From Octopus sinensis (taxonomy: Eukaryota), in assembly GCF_006345805.1 (NCBI RefSeq), contig NC_043014.1, positions 46,872,001 through 46,936,000 on the forward strand: DNA of 64,000 nucleotides, written 5' to 3'. The position numbers and the translations under genes were made by a program. The stretch's first letter is position 1, and the number at the start of each line of letters is the position of its first letter. Of this stretch, positions 26,219-39,174 are shown piece after piece. A model generated the notes under the pieces. The model was given only the letters and a program-made list of their open reading frames with translations, did not search any database and was not told where the DNA came from.

Positions 26219-26472
26219 ATACCAACCAATGCAACCATTCTCATCTTGAAGACTCTCACCTTCATGACCGAAACTGTTCTTGTTGCAAGAAATGTTGCCG
26301 CTGTTGTTTCACTCCTTGGATGAGGATTCAGTCATATGCCCATTATATCATTTCCGATTCATTTACAGATGTCTTCATCATTTTCACTATTGTCTTGAAT
26401 ACCTTGTTCTTGGCGATGGAGCATCATGGAATGTCAATGGGATTGAAGCATGTCCTCAAATTTGCAAATTAT
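26219..26472 (+). CDS. Nav2: Nav2-type channel exon, end of DI-DII linker and DII S1
   Basis: Long pyrimidine tract plus ctacag, donor gtaagc. Translates to DTNQCNHSHLEDSHLHDRNCSCCKKCCRCCFTPWMRIQSYAHYIISDSFTDVFIIFTIVLNTLFLAMEHHGMSMGLKHVLKFANY; the IVLNTLFLAMEH motif is typical of Nav DII S1. Confidence 0.96.
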
Positions 26473-26727
26473 GTAAGCATCACACGTTTTCTGATTGCAT
26501 TGACTTTTTGACAGATTTTGGTTTTTTTATGTAATAAATTTATGTTTCGTTTATCATAACTTTATGATTTGTTAGTGTAATAAATTTATAATTTTCTGAC
26601 TCGGTAGAACACTAAGAGCAAGTATCATCAAAATACACTTTATCATCATCATCATCATCATTATCATCATCATCATTTAACATTCTTTTTTCTCCATGCT
26701 GGCATGAGATGAACCGGGTTACATATG

Positions 26728-27052
26728 GTGGTGACCCCCTTCGGTCAGACACTGACCATGGGTTTGCACCTAGAGAGTTACCCTCTGAGGCACAAGTCTG
26801 GGCAAGGTTGTTTTATGGAAGACCAATAGTCGCCCATGCATACCAGCCTCCCCTCTCCACGCCACCAATGTTATCCAAGGGAAAGGCAAAGGGGCCGATA
26901 CAGCTTGGCACCTGTGACGTTGCAACTCATTTCTACAGCTGAGTGAACTGGAGCAACGTGAAATAAAGTGTCTTGCTCAAGAACACAACACGCAGCCCGG
27001 TCCGGGATTCGAGCTCATAACCTCACGATCGTAAGCTCGACGCTCTAACCAC
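26728..27052 (-). mobile_element. CORE-type tRNA-derived SINE
   Basis: Minus head gtggttagagcgtcg...ctcgaatcccgg followed by CORE-like gttgtgttcttgagcaagacacttta; shorter relatives near 18920-19040 and 60520-60640. Confidence 0.75.
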
Positions 27053-27199
27053 ATACATATTGAAATATACATGCACTGATACACAGAAGGATGCACAGCC
27101 ACTGTGTGTAAGAGGGACTGCAGGGGTCTGGACAGCAGAATCATCTGTTGCTTTAACTATAAAGAAAGGTGATTTAACAGGAAAGATGGAATGTAAGTT

Positions 27200-28150
27200 G
27201 GCCAAATAGATAGAGACACAGTGTGTAGAGGTTAGATAGACCTAGTTTGTATAAAGTGACCAGATAGATAGAGATACTGTGTGTAGAGGTTAGTGTGTAG
27301 AAGTTAGTGTGTAGATGTTGATAGACTAGATAAATAGTCACAATGTGTATAGATAGACACAGTGTATATAGATAGACACAGTGTGTATAGATATAAATAG
27401 TGTGTACAGATAGACACAGTGTGTATACATAGAAACAGTATGTATAGATAGAAACAGTTTGTATACATAAACACTGTGTGTATAGATAGACACAGTGTGC
27501 ATAGATAGACACAAAGTGTATAGATAGAGACAGCGTGTATAAAGTGACCAGATAAATAGAGATACAGTGTGCAGAAGTTACATTTGCAGTAAGTTTGGGG
27601 AGCATTCACCATTTTCAATGCTTAACAGAAGATAGTGTGTAGATGCTGGCTAGATAGATAAACATGCAAAGAGTATAGATGTTGAGAGGGTAGAGAGACA
27701 CAGTGTATATAAACTGACAAGACAGATGGACATAGTGTGTAGATGTTAACTGGATAGATAGACATAGTGTGTTTATGTTGACTGGAAAGACATAGGATGT
27801 ATAAATTGACCAGATAGTTAGAGACACTATGTTCAAAGGTTTGTGCATAGATGTTGACTGGATAGATAGATAGATGCAGTGTGTATAAATTGACCAGATA
27901 GTCATTTGGTGTGAATTAATCAAATAAATATAGACAGGATGTAGATGTTGACTGGACAGATAGACACCCTCTGCATAAAGTGACCAGATAGATAGAGACA
28001 CACGGTATTGATATTGATTATATGGACAGAGTATGGATAGATGATGGACTGGGTATATTGGATGGACACAGTGTATAGAGGCTGACTGGATACATAGTTG
28101 CAATGGATAGATGCTGTAGATGTTGATTGGATGGATGAATTGATGGATGG
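27200..28150. repeat. Degenerate minisatellite (tagatagacacagtgtgta-like unit)
   Basis: Repeated ~19-bp motif and longer variants. Confidence 0.8.
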
Positions 28151-28167
28151 ATAGATAGGTAGATAGA

Positions 28168-28391
28168 CTGGTAGAATCGTTAGCACGCCAGGCAAAATGC
28201 TTAGCCGTATTTTGTCTGCTGTTACGTTCTGAGTTCAAATTCCACCGAGGTCAACTTTACCTTTCATCCTTTTGGGGTCGATAAATTAAGTACCAGTTAC
28301 GCACTAGGGTCGATATAATCGACTTGATCAGTCTGTCTGTCCTTGTTTGTCCTCTCTGTGTTTAGCCCCTTGTGGGTAGTAAAGAAATAGG
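28168..28391 (+). mobile_element. SINE family B
   Basis: Full-length match. Confidence 0.85.
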
Positions 28392-29046
28392 TAGATAGAC
28401 TAGGTAGATGTTAACATGACATACAAATTTACAGTGTGACTGGACATGTGTGTGTGTGTGTGTGTGTATGTGTGGACGGCAAACCCTACTTTTTTCCTTC
28501 AAGGCTTATTTGCCCCAATATTACACTATTTACCTTAATCAATGCACGGTAATCGTTTATAAGCTTTAAGCTTATTAGTATTAGTATCATTATTTACAGA
28601 AGTGTAAAACTTGGTACCCTTTTCAAAATAAATGCATGAATATATATATATTATCATCATTGTTCAATGTCTGATTTCCATGCTCGCATGGGTTGGACAG
28701 TTTGACTGAGGACTGGCAAGCCAGTCGGCTGCACCAGACTCCAATCTGATCTGGCAGAGTTTCTACAGTTGGATGCCCTTCCTAATGCCAACCACTCCAA
28801 GAGTGTAGTGGGTGCTTCTAACATGCCACTGGCAGAGGAGCCAGTCAGGGGGTACTGGCATCAACAACGTTTGCTTGCCACTGGCATGTAATACATATGT
28901 GTGTGTGTGTGTGTTATCTTGGGATTCCTTAGTGACAATATAATCTTCATATAATGAAGGCAGGGGTGGGGAAAACTTTTAGAGCAGCAGGCAAACATTT
29001 CCTAAGAAAAAGGTCCACAGGCGGTTCACAAGTTCTAACTCTTATA

Positions 29047-30345
29047 TAGAGGGGACAAACAAGGACAGACAAAGGGATTAAGTCGATTATATCGACCCCA
29101 GTGTGTAACTGGTACTTTATTTATCGACCACGAAAGGCTGAAAGGCGAAGTCAACCTCGGTAGAATCTGAACACAGAACGTAATGGCTGGCGAAATACCT
29201 ATTTCTTTACTACCCACAAGGGGCTAAACACAGAGAGGACAAACAAGGGCAGACAAATGGAGTAAGTCGATTATATTGACCCCAGTGCGTAACTGGTACT
29301 TATTTAATCGACCCCGAAAGGATGAAAGGCAAAGCCAACCTCGGCGGAATTTGAACTCAGAACATAACGGCAGCCGAAATACCTATTTCTTTACTACCCA
29401 CAAGGGGCTAAACACAGAGAGGGCAAACAAGGGCAGACAAATGGAGTAAGTCGATTATATTGACCCCAGTGCGTAACTGGTACTTATTTAATCGACCCCG
29501 AAAGGATGAAAGGCAAAGCCAACCTCGGCGGAATTTGAACTCAGAACATAACGGCAGCCGAAATACCTATTTCTTTACTACCCACAAGGGGCTAAACACA
29601 GAGAGGGCAAACAAGGGCAGACAAATGGAGTAAGTCGATTATATTGACCCCAGTGCGTAACTGGTACTTATTTAATCGACCCCGAAGGATGAAAGGCAAA
29701 GCCAACCTCGGGGAATTTGAACTCAGAACATAACGGCAGCCGAAATACCTATTTCTTTACTACCCACAAGGGGGCTAAAACAGAGAGGACAAACAAGGGC
29801 AGACAAATGGAGTAAGTCGATTATATTGACCCCAGTGCGTAACTGGTACTTATTTAATCGACCCCGAAAGGATGAAAGGCAAAGCCAACCTCGGGGAATT
29901 TGAACTCAGAACATAACGGCAGCCGAAATACCTATTTCTTTACTACCACAAGGGGCTAAACACAGAGAGGGCAAACAAGGGCAGACAAATGGAGTAAGTC
30001 GATTATATGACCCCAGTGCGTAACTGGTACTTATTTAATCGACCCCGAAAGGATGAAAGGCAAAGCCAACCTCGGCGGAATTTGAACTCAGAACATAACG
30101 GCAGCCGAAATACCTATTTCTTTACTACCCACAAGGGGCTAAACACAGAGAGGGCAAACAAGGACAGACAAATGGATTTAGTCGATTACATCGACCCCAG
30201 TGCGTAACTGGTACTTATTTAATTGACCCTGAAAGGATGAAAGGCAAAGTCGACCTTGGCGGAATTTGAACTCAGAACATAACGGCAGCCGAAATACTGC
30301 TAAGTATTCCGGCCGGCATGCTAACGACTCTGCCAGCTCGCTGCC
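29047..30345 (-). repeat. SINE family B with its body tandemly amplified about 7 times (~184-bp unit)
   Basis: Unit starts ctatttctttactacc at 29199, 29383, 29567, 29749, 29932 and 30114, plus a partial first unit; a single tRNA-like head at about 30298-30345. Confidence 0.95.
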
Positions 30346-30749
30346 TCCCTGTACAGATATTGAATGTATAACAAATACTGTGTGTAGACATCAATGAGAC
30401 ACAAACACAAATGCTAAGTGAATAGAAAACCATTGTCTCTTCTTTTTACAGTATTTTTACAGTCAGAGACCCCTTGTATGAGGTAGCAATATTAAATGGT
30501 ATAGCTTCTAAAAATGTCAGCTTTGTTAATGATGTTGAAAATTAACCTGTTATTACAAATGTTCCTTCAAGGTAGACTTAGATTATACAATCAATTTCAA
30601 CACACCTAATATGACAAGAAAATATATTTCGTAACGAATTAGCGCTGGAGCCAAAACTGATTAACTTCCGACTATGAATTACATGAACAAAACAACTGAG
30701 GTGAAAACTGGAAGTTATTGAATGAAACGAGAGAGAAGACGGAGAAAAA

Positions 30750-31520
30750 TATGTGTGCGTGTATACTTGTATGTGTGTGTGTTTTTGTGTGCATGTGTAG
30801 GTATTTATATCTGTGTATGTGTCTGTGTATGTATGTTTGTATGTATGTATGTATGTGTGTGTGTGTATGTATGTATGGATGGATGGATGGATGGATGAAA
30901 GTATGGAAGTATGTATGTATGTATGTATGTATGGAAGTATGTAAGTATATATGTATGTATGTATGTATGTATTTATGTATGTATGTATGTATGCATGTAT
31001 GTATGTGTGTATGTATGTATGGATGGATGGATGTATGTAAGTATGTATGTATGTATGTGAGTATGTATGTATGTATGTATTTGCATGTGTGTATGTATGT
31101 ATTTGTATGCTTGTATGTGCATGTATGTATGTGTGTATATATGTGAGTGTATGCATGAACGTATCTGTATTTATATATCTTCATATGTATGTGTGTATTT
31201 GTAAGTATATGTACGTATGTACATATGAATGTATGTATGTGTGTGTACGTGTATATCTGTATGAATATGTGTGTATCTGTATATGTGTATGTGTATGTGA
31301 GTATCTGTATGTATGTATCTTTGTATATATCATCATCATCATCATCGTTTAACGTCCGTTTTCCATGCTAGCATGGGTTGGATGGAAGATGTGTATATCT
31401 ATATGTATGTATGTATGCATGTATATCTGTGAGTGTGTATTGGTATGTATGTATGTATGCATGTATGTATGTACGTACATATGTACATACATGTACACAT
31501 GTATGTATGTATGACGTCTT
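30750..31520. repeat. Compound (TATG)/(GT)/(GGAT) microsatellite; similar tract at 33600-34840
   Basis: Directly visible simple repeats; many shorter (AT)n, (CTAT)n, (CA)n and (CAT)n tracts occur throughout the window. Confidence 0.95.
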
Positions 31521-31934
31521 CATTTTTATTTTTCATATTTCTCACCAATGGAGAAAGATCAGGTTTCTAGCCTAAAACCAAAACTTTTTCATTGCAATTT
31601 AAACAGCACCAGCAGGGGAGTGCAGTTCTCTGCACGCTTCACTCACCTTAATTACTTTCACATACAGGGACCTAATGGAAACACACTGTATTAAAAAAAC
31701 TGCTATGGTGAAAGGGAAGGCAAAAAAATCTGACCAGGCTTGACCGGCTGGAATTGCGTAATTTCAAACTTCTACATAAGCAGTTTAGTTTGCTGGTCTC
31801 TTCTGTTACAAACTAAGCTTTGACTTTTCATCACCTGGCACAAAGCCACCTCCCTCAATACTGCACTTTCACTCTGTGAAAGGGTTTTGTCTTGTGAGTT
31901 ACCTGGTGACTCCACTAGTGCAGGTATCATGAAA

Positions 31935-32163
31935 AGGTGAGCTGGCAGAAACGTTAGCATGCCGAGCGAAATGCGTAGCCGTATTTTGTCTGTCATTACA
32001 TTGTGAGTTCAAATTCCAATGAGGTCGACTTTGCCTTTCATCCTTTCAGGGTCGATAAATTAAGTACCAGTTACGGACTGGGGTCGATGTAATCGACTTA
32101 ATACCTGTCTGTCCTTGTTTGTCCCCTCTGTGTTTTGCCCCTTGTGGGTAATAAAGAAATAGG
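31935..32163 (+). mobile_element. SINE family B
   Basis: Full-length match. Confidence 0.82.
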
Positions 32164-32249
32164 TATCATGAAAAAAGAACCCTGTACACTCCGTTGATGT
32201 TAGGAAAGAGATCCAACAGTGGAAACCATGCCAAAGCAGACAGTGGAAC

Positions 32250-32540
32250 AGACTTCCACGTAAGCAACTGGACAAAATTTCAAACTGAAGTCTGTGGGAT
32301 AAAATGAACCAAACTCGCACCAATCAAGAAATTCTGGAAAAGATACAGGGCTCTAAGAAGACCTCTAAGCAGCATTGCAAAGCGAGTATTAGACTGGAAA
32401 CCTGAAGGAAAGAGCAAAGTTGGAGAACTTAAGGAAACCTGGAAAGGATGCATGGAGAATGAAGTGAAAGCAATCAATCTCCCTTGTTCTGAAATGAAGG
32501 AGGTAGCCCAAGACCATGCTCACTGGCATATTCTAAACGC
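32250..32540 (+). mobile_element. Degenerate RTE-clade LINE C-terminal fragment
   Basis: IAKRVLDWKPEGKSKVGELKETWKGCMENEVKAINL..SEMKEVAQDHAHW matches the RTE C-terminal W.P.G.R..GRP..TW pattern. Confidence 0.7.
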
Positions 32541-32995
32541 CTTACTTCTCAGGGCATGGACACATTGAAACTCCGACGTCTGGCAGCTGACTTGGCAGAC
32601 ACCCATAAAATTATTAACCATCTTACTAACAATAACTCTGAGCACCTTTTCAAACTCCATCTGTCTAACACCCATGGACATGTTTACAAAGTCAGAAAAC
32701 AGCACAGCTCCCATGACTTCAGGAAACATTTTTTCTGGCTAAGATTTGCTGAAGCATGGAACAAACTGCCGGCATAAGTTGTTAGTATTCGGAGCACTGC
32801 ATCCTTCAAAACTTCCATGCTTCCTGAGATTCGCCAACACTACACCTGATTTTCTCCCCTCCATACACACGCAAGCATGTATCTGACTCATACGCTGTTC
32901 CCTTTCCAGACATTTGTACATTACTGCATATGCTTTATATGCACTTTTGACAAGTTGTGGTGCACCTGAGCACTGTATACAATAATTTCCTTATT
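32540..32995 (+). mobile_element. CR1-type LINE 3' end
   Basis: ORF 32556-32777 MDTLKLRRLAADLADTHKIINHL..., same family as 4808-5305. Confidence 0.9.
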
Positions 32996-34778
32996 AAAAC
33001 AGTCATGCTCCTTTTGGAGTAATGCAGACTAACTACATAAGTGATGTGGAATATTGGTTATTTGTTTTGTAAGCTAAACTTTAACCTTTCATCACCTGAC
33101 ACAAAGCCAGCTCCCTAAATACTATTCCACCCATATCAGTTAAGGGGTCCAGTCTTGTGAGTTACTTGGTGACCTCACTGGTGCTGGTGCCACATAAAAG
33201 GTACTCAGTACTCTTTGTTATGTGGTTGATGTTAGGAAAGGCATCCAGCCGTAGAAACCATCTAAAGCAGATGGTGGGGCTTGGCACAGTCCTCTCGATC
33301 ACCAGCTCTTGTTGAACCATTGAATCCATACCAGCATGGGAATCAAGCATCAAATAGTGATGAAGAGATTAGGCAGCACTTTGAGTGACCAAGCAACACT
33401 TTCCAGTGAGTGTAATGGTCACTTGTTAATTAATTAAGGGGGACTTGGAAAAAGTGGCTTAAACAAAGTTTGTCTAATTCTAGAACTGGACAGCCATCTC
33501 ATGGCTGGGAGTTATTCCCTATTTGTAGGTTTCCATGGTAACAACTAAGAAATTTACAAATTTTCTAAGAAGTGGTTGTACTACGACACAAGTTGGCCTA
33601 CACCATGTGTGTGTGTGTATCTATGAATATGTGTGTTTATGTGTGAATGCATAGTGTGTGTGTGTGGAGAGAGAAAGAGAGAGAAAGAGATGGCCTTAGC
33701 AGAGAAACAGGGTTTTTTCATTAGAACTTATACATCACAGAGGTACTCATGTATGTATGTATGTAAGTATGTATATATGTATCTGTATGCTTGTATGTGT
33801 GTGTATGTGTGTATTTGTATGAATGTATGTGTGTGTGTATATGTGAGTGTATGTATGTATCTGTATGTATATGTGTATCTGTATTTATGTGTCCATATGT
33901 ATGTGTGTATTTGTAAGTATGTATATATGCATACATACTTCACAGAGTATGTATATATGTATGCATGTATGTATGTACGTATATATGTATATATGTATGT
34001 ATGTGTATATATATATGTATGTATGTATATATGTATGTACGTATATATGTATCTATGTATGTATGTATGTATGTATGTATGTATGTATGTATGTATGTAT
34101 GTATGTATGTATGTGTGGATGGATGGATGACTATTCATGCATATATGTGTGTATATAAATGAATGACTATGTATGAATGTAATGTATATGGTGTATGTAT
34201 GAATATATGTGTATATTTAATGAATGTGTATGTATGTATATATGGACGCTAGAGGGATGTATTTGTTGTCTGTATGTATGTATGTTTGTATGCACATATG
34301 GATGGATGGATGGGTGGATGTGCATATGTACATATGTATGTATTCTCACATATGCATATGCATTTGTTGTGTGCATATAAGCATATATGCATGTATATAT
34401 GTGCACATATGTTTGCAAACATAGATGCAATTACGTGAATGGATCTGTACATTTTGACATACATATGTGTACACATATATATATTTGGATATCTACACAT
34501 GTGTATACACTTAATACATGCTAAACAACTGAAGTGTTTTACATATGTATATGTACGTATGTATGCATGTATGTGTGTGTGTATGTATGTATGTATGTGT
34601 ATATGTATGTATGCGTGTGTGTGTATGTATATATGGATGTGTGTGTATGTATGTATGTATGTATGTATGTGTACGCGGGTGTGTATATATGTTCATATGT
34701 ATGTATATGTACATACATACATGTGTCTATGTACACATTTATTTATTTATCTATTTATGCATACATACATGTATGTAG

Positions 34779-34819
<41 letters not shown>

Positions 34820-35739
34820 CATGTGTGCATGTGTGAATCCGTTTATGTGTATTGCTGTGTTCAGAAAAGACCTACAAGTGTGCTTCTCACATTTCATGAT
34901 TATAACAAGCCATTTATATTCCAACAGAAATGCCAAAATATGGAAGTGCCAATTTTCACAGACAGCTATTGTTAACTTATTCCAGTAATAATAGAGGAGA
35001 AAATTAGAGTAAAAACCTGGACTTTCATAGATCAGTCTAGAAGCATTCCCATTATCTCCATTTACCTCTCTTTTACCTGAGAATTTTCCTTTGAGTTTGT
35101 TTTGTATTTCTAATAATTTATTTCTGGTTTATTTCACATATATCTTTCCATAATATTTCATTGTAAAGTTTGATGAGAAAATGTCTAGAATTAGACAAAA
35201 TATATTCTTTGGTAATTACATTATATCAAAGCAATGTATATTTTGTATCGTTAAATTTTATTTTGCTTGTCTCTCGTTTTTGTCTTTTCGCTTATTTTGA
35301 GCAACAGAATCGCAACAGTTGACGACAAGTAAGAGCTGTCATCTTTACATCACACTGTCCCACCGTAATTACAATAAACAAACGCTTCTAATGCAACCGG
35401 TTACCATCTCTGGCCTGCAGATGCAGCTCTGCCATCAATATCTCTCACCTCCACTGGAAAAGAACTGAAATCAAATTATTAATTTTCGACTTAGAGCATT
35501 AGACATTGTGTCATTTAGCATTTTTAATCCCCAAAATAAGGGCAGTGGCCCCTAGTTTTTGCTTGGTGTTCTTGATATGATTGATGATTGATGACTAGTT
35601 GATGACTGAAGGAAATAGATGGAGGATACTGGTTGATGTAGAGGAGGATTGTAGGTAAATATTCTGGACTTGTGTTGGGTGAAATGGAAATAGAGGAGAG
35701 GGTTGGGTAAATTGAGTTGGTTGAGTGGGGGAATACACT

Positions 35740-35955
35740 CTCTTTACTCTTTACTCTTTTACTTGTTTCAGTCATTTGACTGCGGCCATGCTGGAGCACC
35801 GCCTTTAATCGAGCAAATCGACCCCGGGACTTATTCTTTTGTAAGCCCAGTACTTATTCTATCGGTCTCTTTTGCCGAACCGCTAAGTGACGGGGACATA
35901 AACACACCAGCATCGGTTGTCAAGCAATGCTAGGGGGACAAACACAGACACACAA

Positions 35956-36011
<56 letters not shown>

Positions 36012-36174
36012 GACGGGCTTCTTTCAGTCTCCGTCTACCAAATCCACTCACAAGGCTTTGGTCGGCCCGAGGCTATAGTAGAAGACACTTGCCCAAGGTG
36101 CCACGCAGTGGGACTGAACCCGGAACCATGTGGTTGGTAAACAAGCTACTTACCACACAGCCACTCCTGCGCCT
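35740..36174 (-). mobile_element. SINE family A
   Basis: Full-length copy, close to consensus. Confidence 0.87.
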
Positions 36175-37194
36175 ACACTGTTAGTTGAAGAAAATTGGAC
36201 CATTGGAGTCTTTTGCATTGCCCCTTGTATTTGACTGGTATTTGATTGGCAGAAGGACAGAAATTTGGAGGAAAGTTTGTAAGTGATGGAACTGGCACAG
36301 AATCAGAAACATATAATGGAGATGTAGTAGATTAAATCAATTCATCATCATCATCATCATCATCATCGTCGTTTAATGTCCCCTTTCCATGCTAGCATGG
36401 GTTGGACGATTTGACTGAGGTCTGGCGAACCAGATGGCTGCATCAGACTCCAATCTGGTCTGGCAGAGTTTCTACAGCTGGATGCCCTTCCTAATGCCAA
36501 CCACTCCGAGAGCGTAGTGGGTGTTTTTTACGTGCCACTGGCGCGAGGGCCAGTCAGGCAATATTGGCAACGGCCACACTCAAATGGTGCTTTTTATGTG
36601 CCACATGCACAGGAGCCAGTCCAGCAGCACTGGCAACGACCTCACTCGAATGTTTTTTCAATTATAATGGATAATAAAATAACCAAGGTTGGTTACTCAG
36701 AGACATCATCTGCAATTTTAAAAAATCAAGTTAGTATTAAAATTTGATATAATGACCAGTATAATTTACTTTAAAATATTTGTACCATAAGAAAAGGCAT
36801 TAGGTCAATTACTAATTATTATTTTCATAATTTCAGCAAGAATGGGAAATAACTCTACACATGTTTCAATATAATTAGACCTCTTCAGGAAAACATAAAC
36901 TCTTTCATATTTTCCAAAGTGATGTGGGAATCTCTAAGTTACTGCTTAAAATAACAATTAATCTTGTCTTTTCTCTACCAGATAATCATTTTTGATTAAA
37001 TTTGCTAATTTAGCTATAACACACACCACTGTACACTGCTACATGTTTGAAAGGTAAACTGATTCCATGAAGAATGAGAATGTCTCCTGTTTTAGTTTAG
37101 TAAAGGACTGGTGCAACATGAAGTATTCTGCTCAAGAATGTATGTATGTATGTATGTATGTATGTATGTATGTATGTATGTATGTATATATGTA

Positions 37195-37417
37195 TGTGGT
37201 GTGTGGTGTATGTTTGTGTGTTTGTATTTGACCCCCAACGTCGTTTGACAACCGATGCCGATATGTTTACATCCCCCGTAACTTAGCAGTTCAGCAAAAG
37301 AGACCGATAGAATAAGTACTAGGCTTACAAAGAAAAATTCCTGGGATCGGTTGCTCGACCAAAGGCGGTGCTCCAGCATGGCCACAGTCAAATGACTGAA
37401 ACAGTAAAGAAATAAAA

Positions 37418-37420
<3 letters not shown>
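37195..37420 (+). mobile_element. SINE family A, 3' half
   Basis: tgacaaccgatgc...ccagcatggccacagtcaaatgactgaaac. Confidence 0.75.
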
Positions 37421-37473
<53 letters not shown>

Positions 37474-37654
37474 CAGATAAGATAGCTTTATGTGCGGCAG
37501 ATGCACAGGGACAATAGACACAACAACACTCAGAAACAGATTCCATCACACTGAGAAACTAGAAGTAGTTGATAGTTTCCGCTACTGGGAGACCAAGTTA
37601 GTAGCGGAGGTGGATGCACAGAGAGTATCACCACTAGAATACGAATAGCCTGGC

Positions 37655-38492
37655 AAAGTTCAGAAAGCTCCTACCCCTATGGCAACAAAAGGCCTCTCCT
37701 CAGAGCAAAGGAGATTATATGATGATGTGTGCGAACTGCCTGCTTCACGGTAATGAAACAGTGACTGAAGACATGCGTAGATGAAAGAAATGAAGCTAGC
37801 ATGATCCGCTGGATGTGTAGTGTCAGTGTACACACAAAACAGAGTGTAAGTATCCTGAGAGAAATGCTGATATAAGAGCATCAGATGTGGTGTGCAAGAG
37901 CGAGCTTGCGATGGTATGGTCATGTGCTGCGGATGAGAGATGTGTGAAGAAGTGCCACTCCCACGTTAGGTATCAGGGGGAGAGAGACCAGGAAGACATG
38001 GGATGAGGTGGTCAAGCATGACCTCAGAGCATTGGGCCTCACTGAGGCAATGGCGAGGACCGAGATCTCTGGAGATATGCTGTGAAAGACCGGGCTGCTT
38101 TCTGCAGCAATTCCACATACCCCCTACCCATTCTAAGTACCCCCCTACCCATTCTAAGTACCCCCCTACCCATTCTAAGTACCCCGGATCCCCAAGTACC
38201 CCGGATCCCCAAAGTACCCTGGATCCCCAAAATACCCCATCCCCAAGTACGACCTCGTGCCCCCGTGCCGCTGACACTTAAAATGCTCGAATCCGATCGT
38301 GACGATGCCGATCCCTGTGCAGGTGCACGTAAAAAGCACCCAATCCACTCGAGTGGTTGGCGTTATGAAGGCATCCAGCCGTAGAAACTCTGCCAGATTC
38401 AGACTGGTGCCTGGAGCGGCCCTGGCTTCCCAGACCCGGTCAAACCGTCCAACCGTGCTAGCGCGAAAACGACGTTAAACGATGATGATGAT
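37655..38492 (+). mobile_element. Degenerate RTE-clade LINE 3' end including 3' UTR and (GAT)n tail
   Basis: Frameshifted translation ...RNEASMIRWMCSVSV...LRWYGHVLRM...TWDEVVKHDLRALGLTEAMA.DRDLWRYAV, followed by a UTR ending ttaaacgatgatgatg. Confidence 0.85.
38105..38250. repeat. Two adjacent minisatellites (20-bp and ~18-bp units)
   Basis: ccccctacccattctaagta x3 then cccggatccccaagtac-like x3, inside the RTE 3' UTR. Confidence 0.9.
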
Positions 38493-38923
38493 ATATATAC
38501 ACATGCACACACAAACATATATATATGAATGTAGACAAACAATACCTCAAACTGAGAGAAGAGTCAATAAATCATTGATGTTTGACATCTTTTAGAAGTC
38601 TAAAATATAGATGAAAATCTGCTCAATATTGGTATTGGCAAGCCAGCGATGATGAAAGTCTTTGGAAAGCTCTATGAAGATGGAAATCAATAGTGTGAAT
38701 CGTTTCCTCATAAGTAGTTATAGGGGGATGGTTTACAGCTTAACTCTTTAGCATTCTGATTGCTCTGTCAAATGTAATACTTATTTATTCACGTTGGTTT
38801 GAATTAATCATCCGTTATCTTGTAGCTTCGAGATTTTTATGATGTGATTATTTATTTTTAGAATGACACTGTAGGGTAGGTGTGAGAGGTTATATCTGAC
38901 CAATTTTACCATTAAAAAAGTAT

Positions 38924-39115
38924 ACAGGGGAGAAAATCGGGTGTAGTGTTGGCGAATCTCAGGAAGCATGGAAGTTTTGAAGGATGCAGTGCTCCAACAA
39001 CTAACAACTGATGCCGGCAGTTTGTTCCATGCTTCAGCAACTCTTTGTGTGATAAAATGTTTCCGAAAGTCATGGGAGCTGTGCTGTTTTCCGACTTTGT
39101 AAACATGTCCACGGG
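38924..39115 (-). mobile_element. CR1-type LINE 3' fragment
   Basis: TRGHVYKVGKQHSSHDFRKHFITQRVAEAWNKLP in ORF 38808-39131. Confidence 0.85.
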
Positions 39116-39174
39116 TAAACATGAAAACCAAACATCTCCGTTGCTGCTAATCTCCAACAAGGATGTTTCTTTGC

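Noticed and set aside
29047-30345. CRISPR-like or tRNA-array interpretation of the tandem array
   Set aside because: Units are contiguous with no unique spacers, match a dispersed SINE, and there are no cas genes; the context is eukaryotic.
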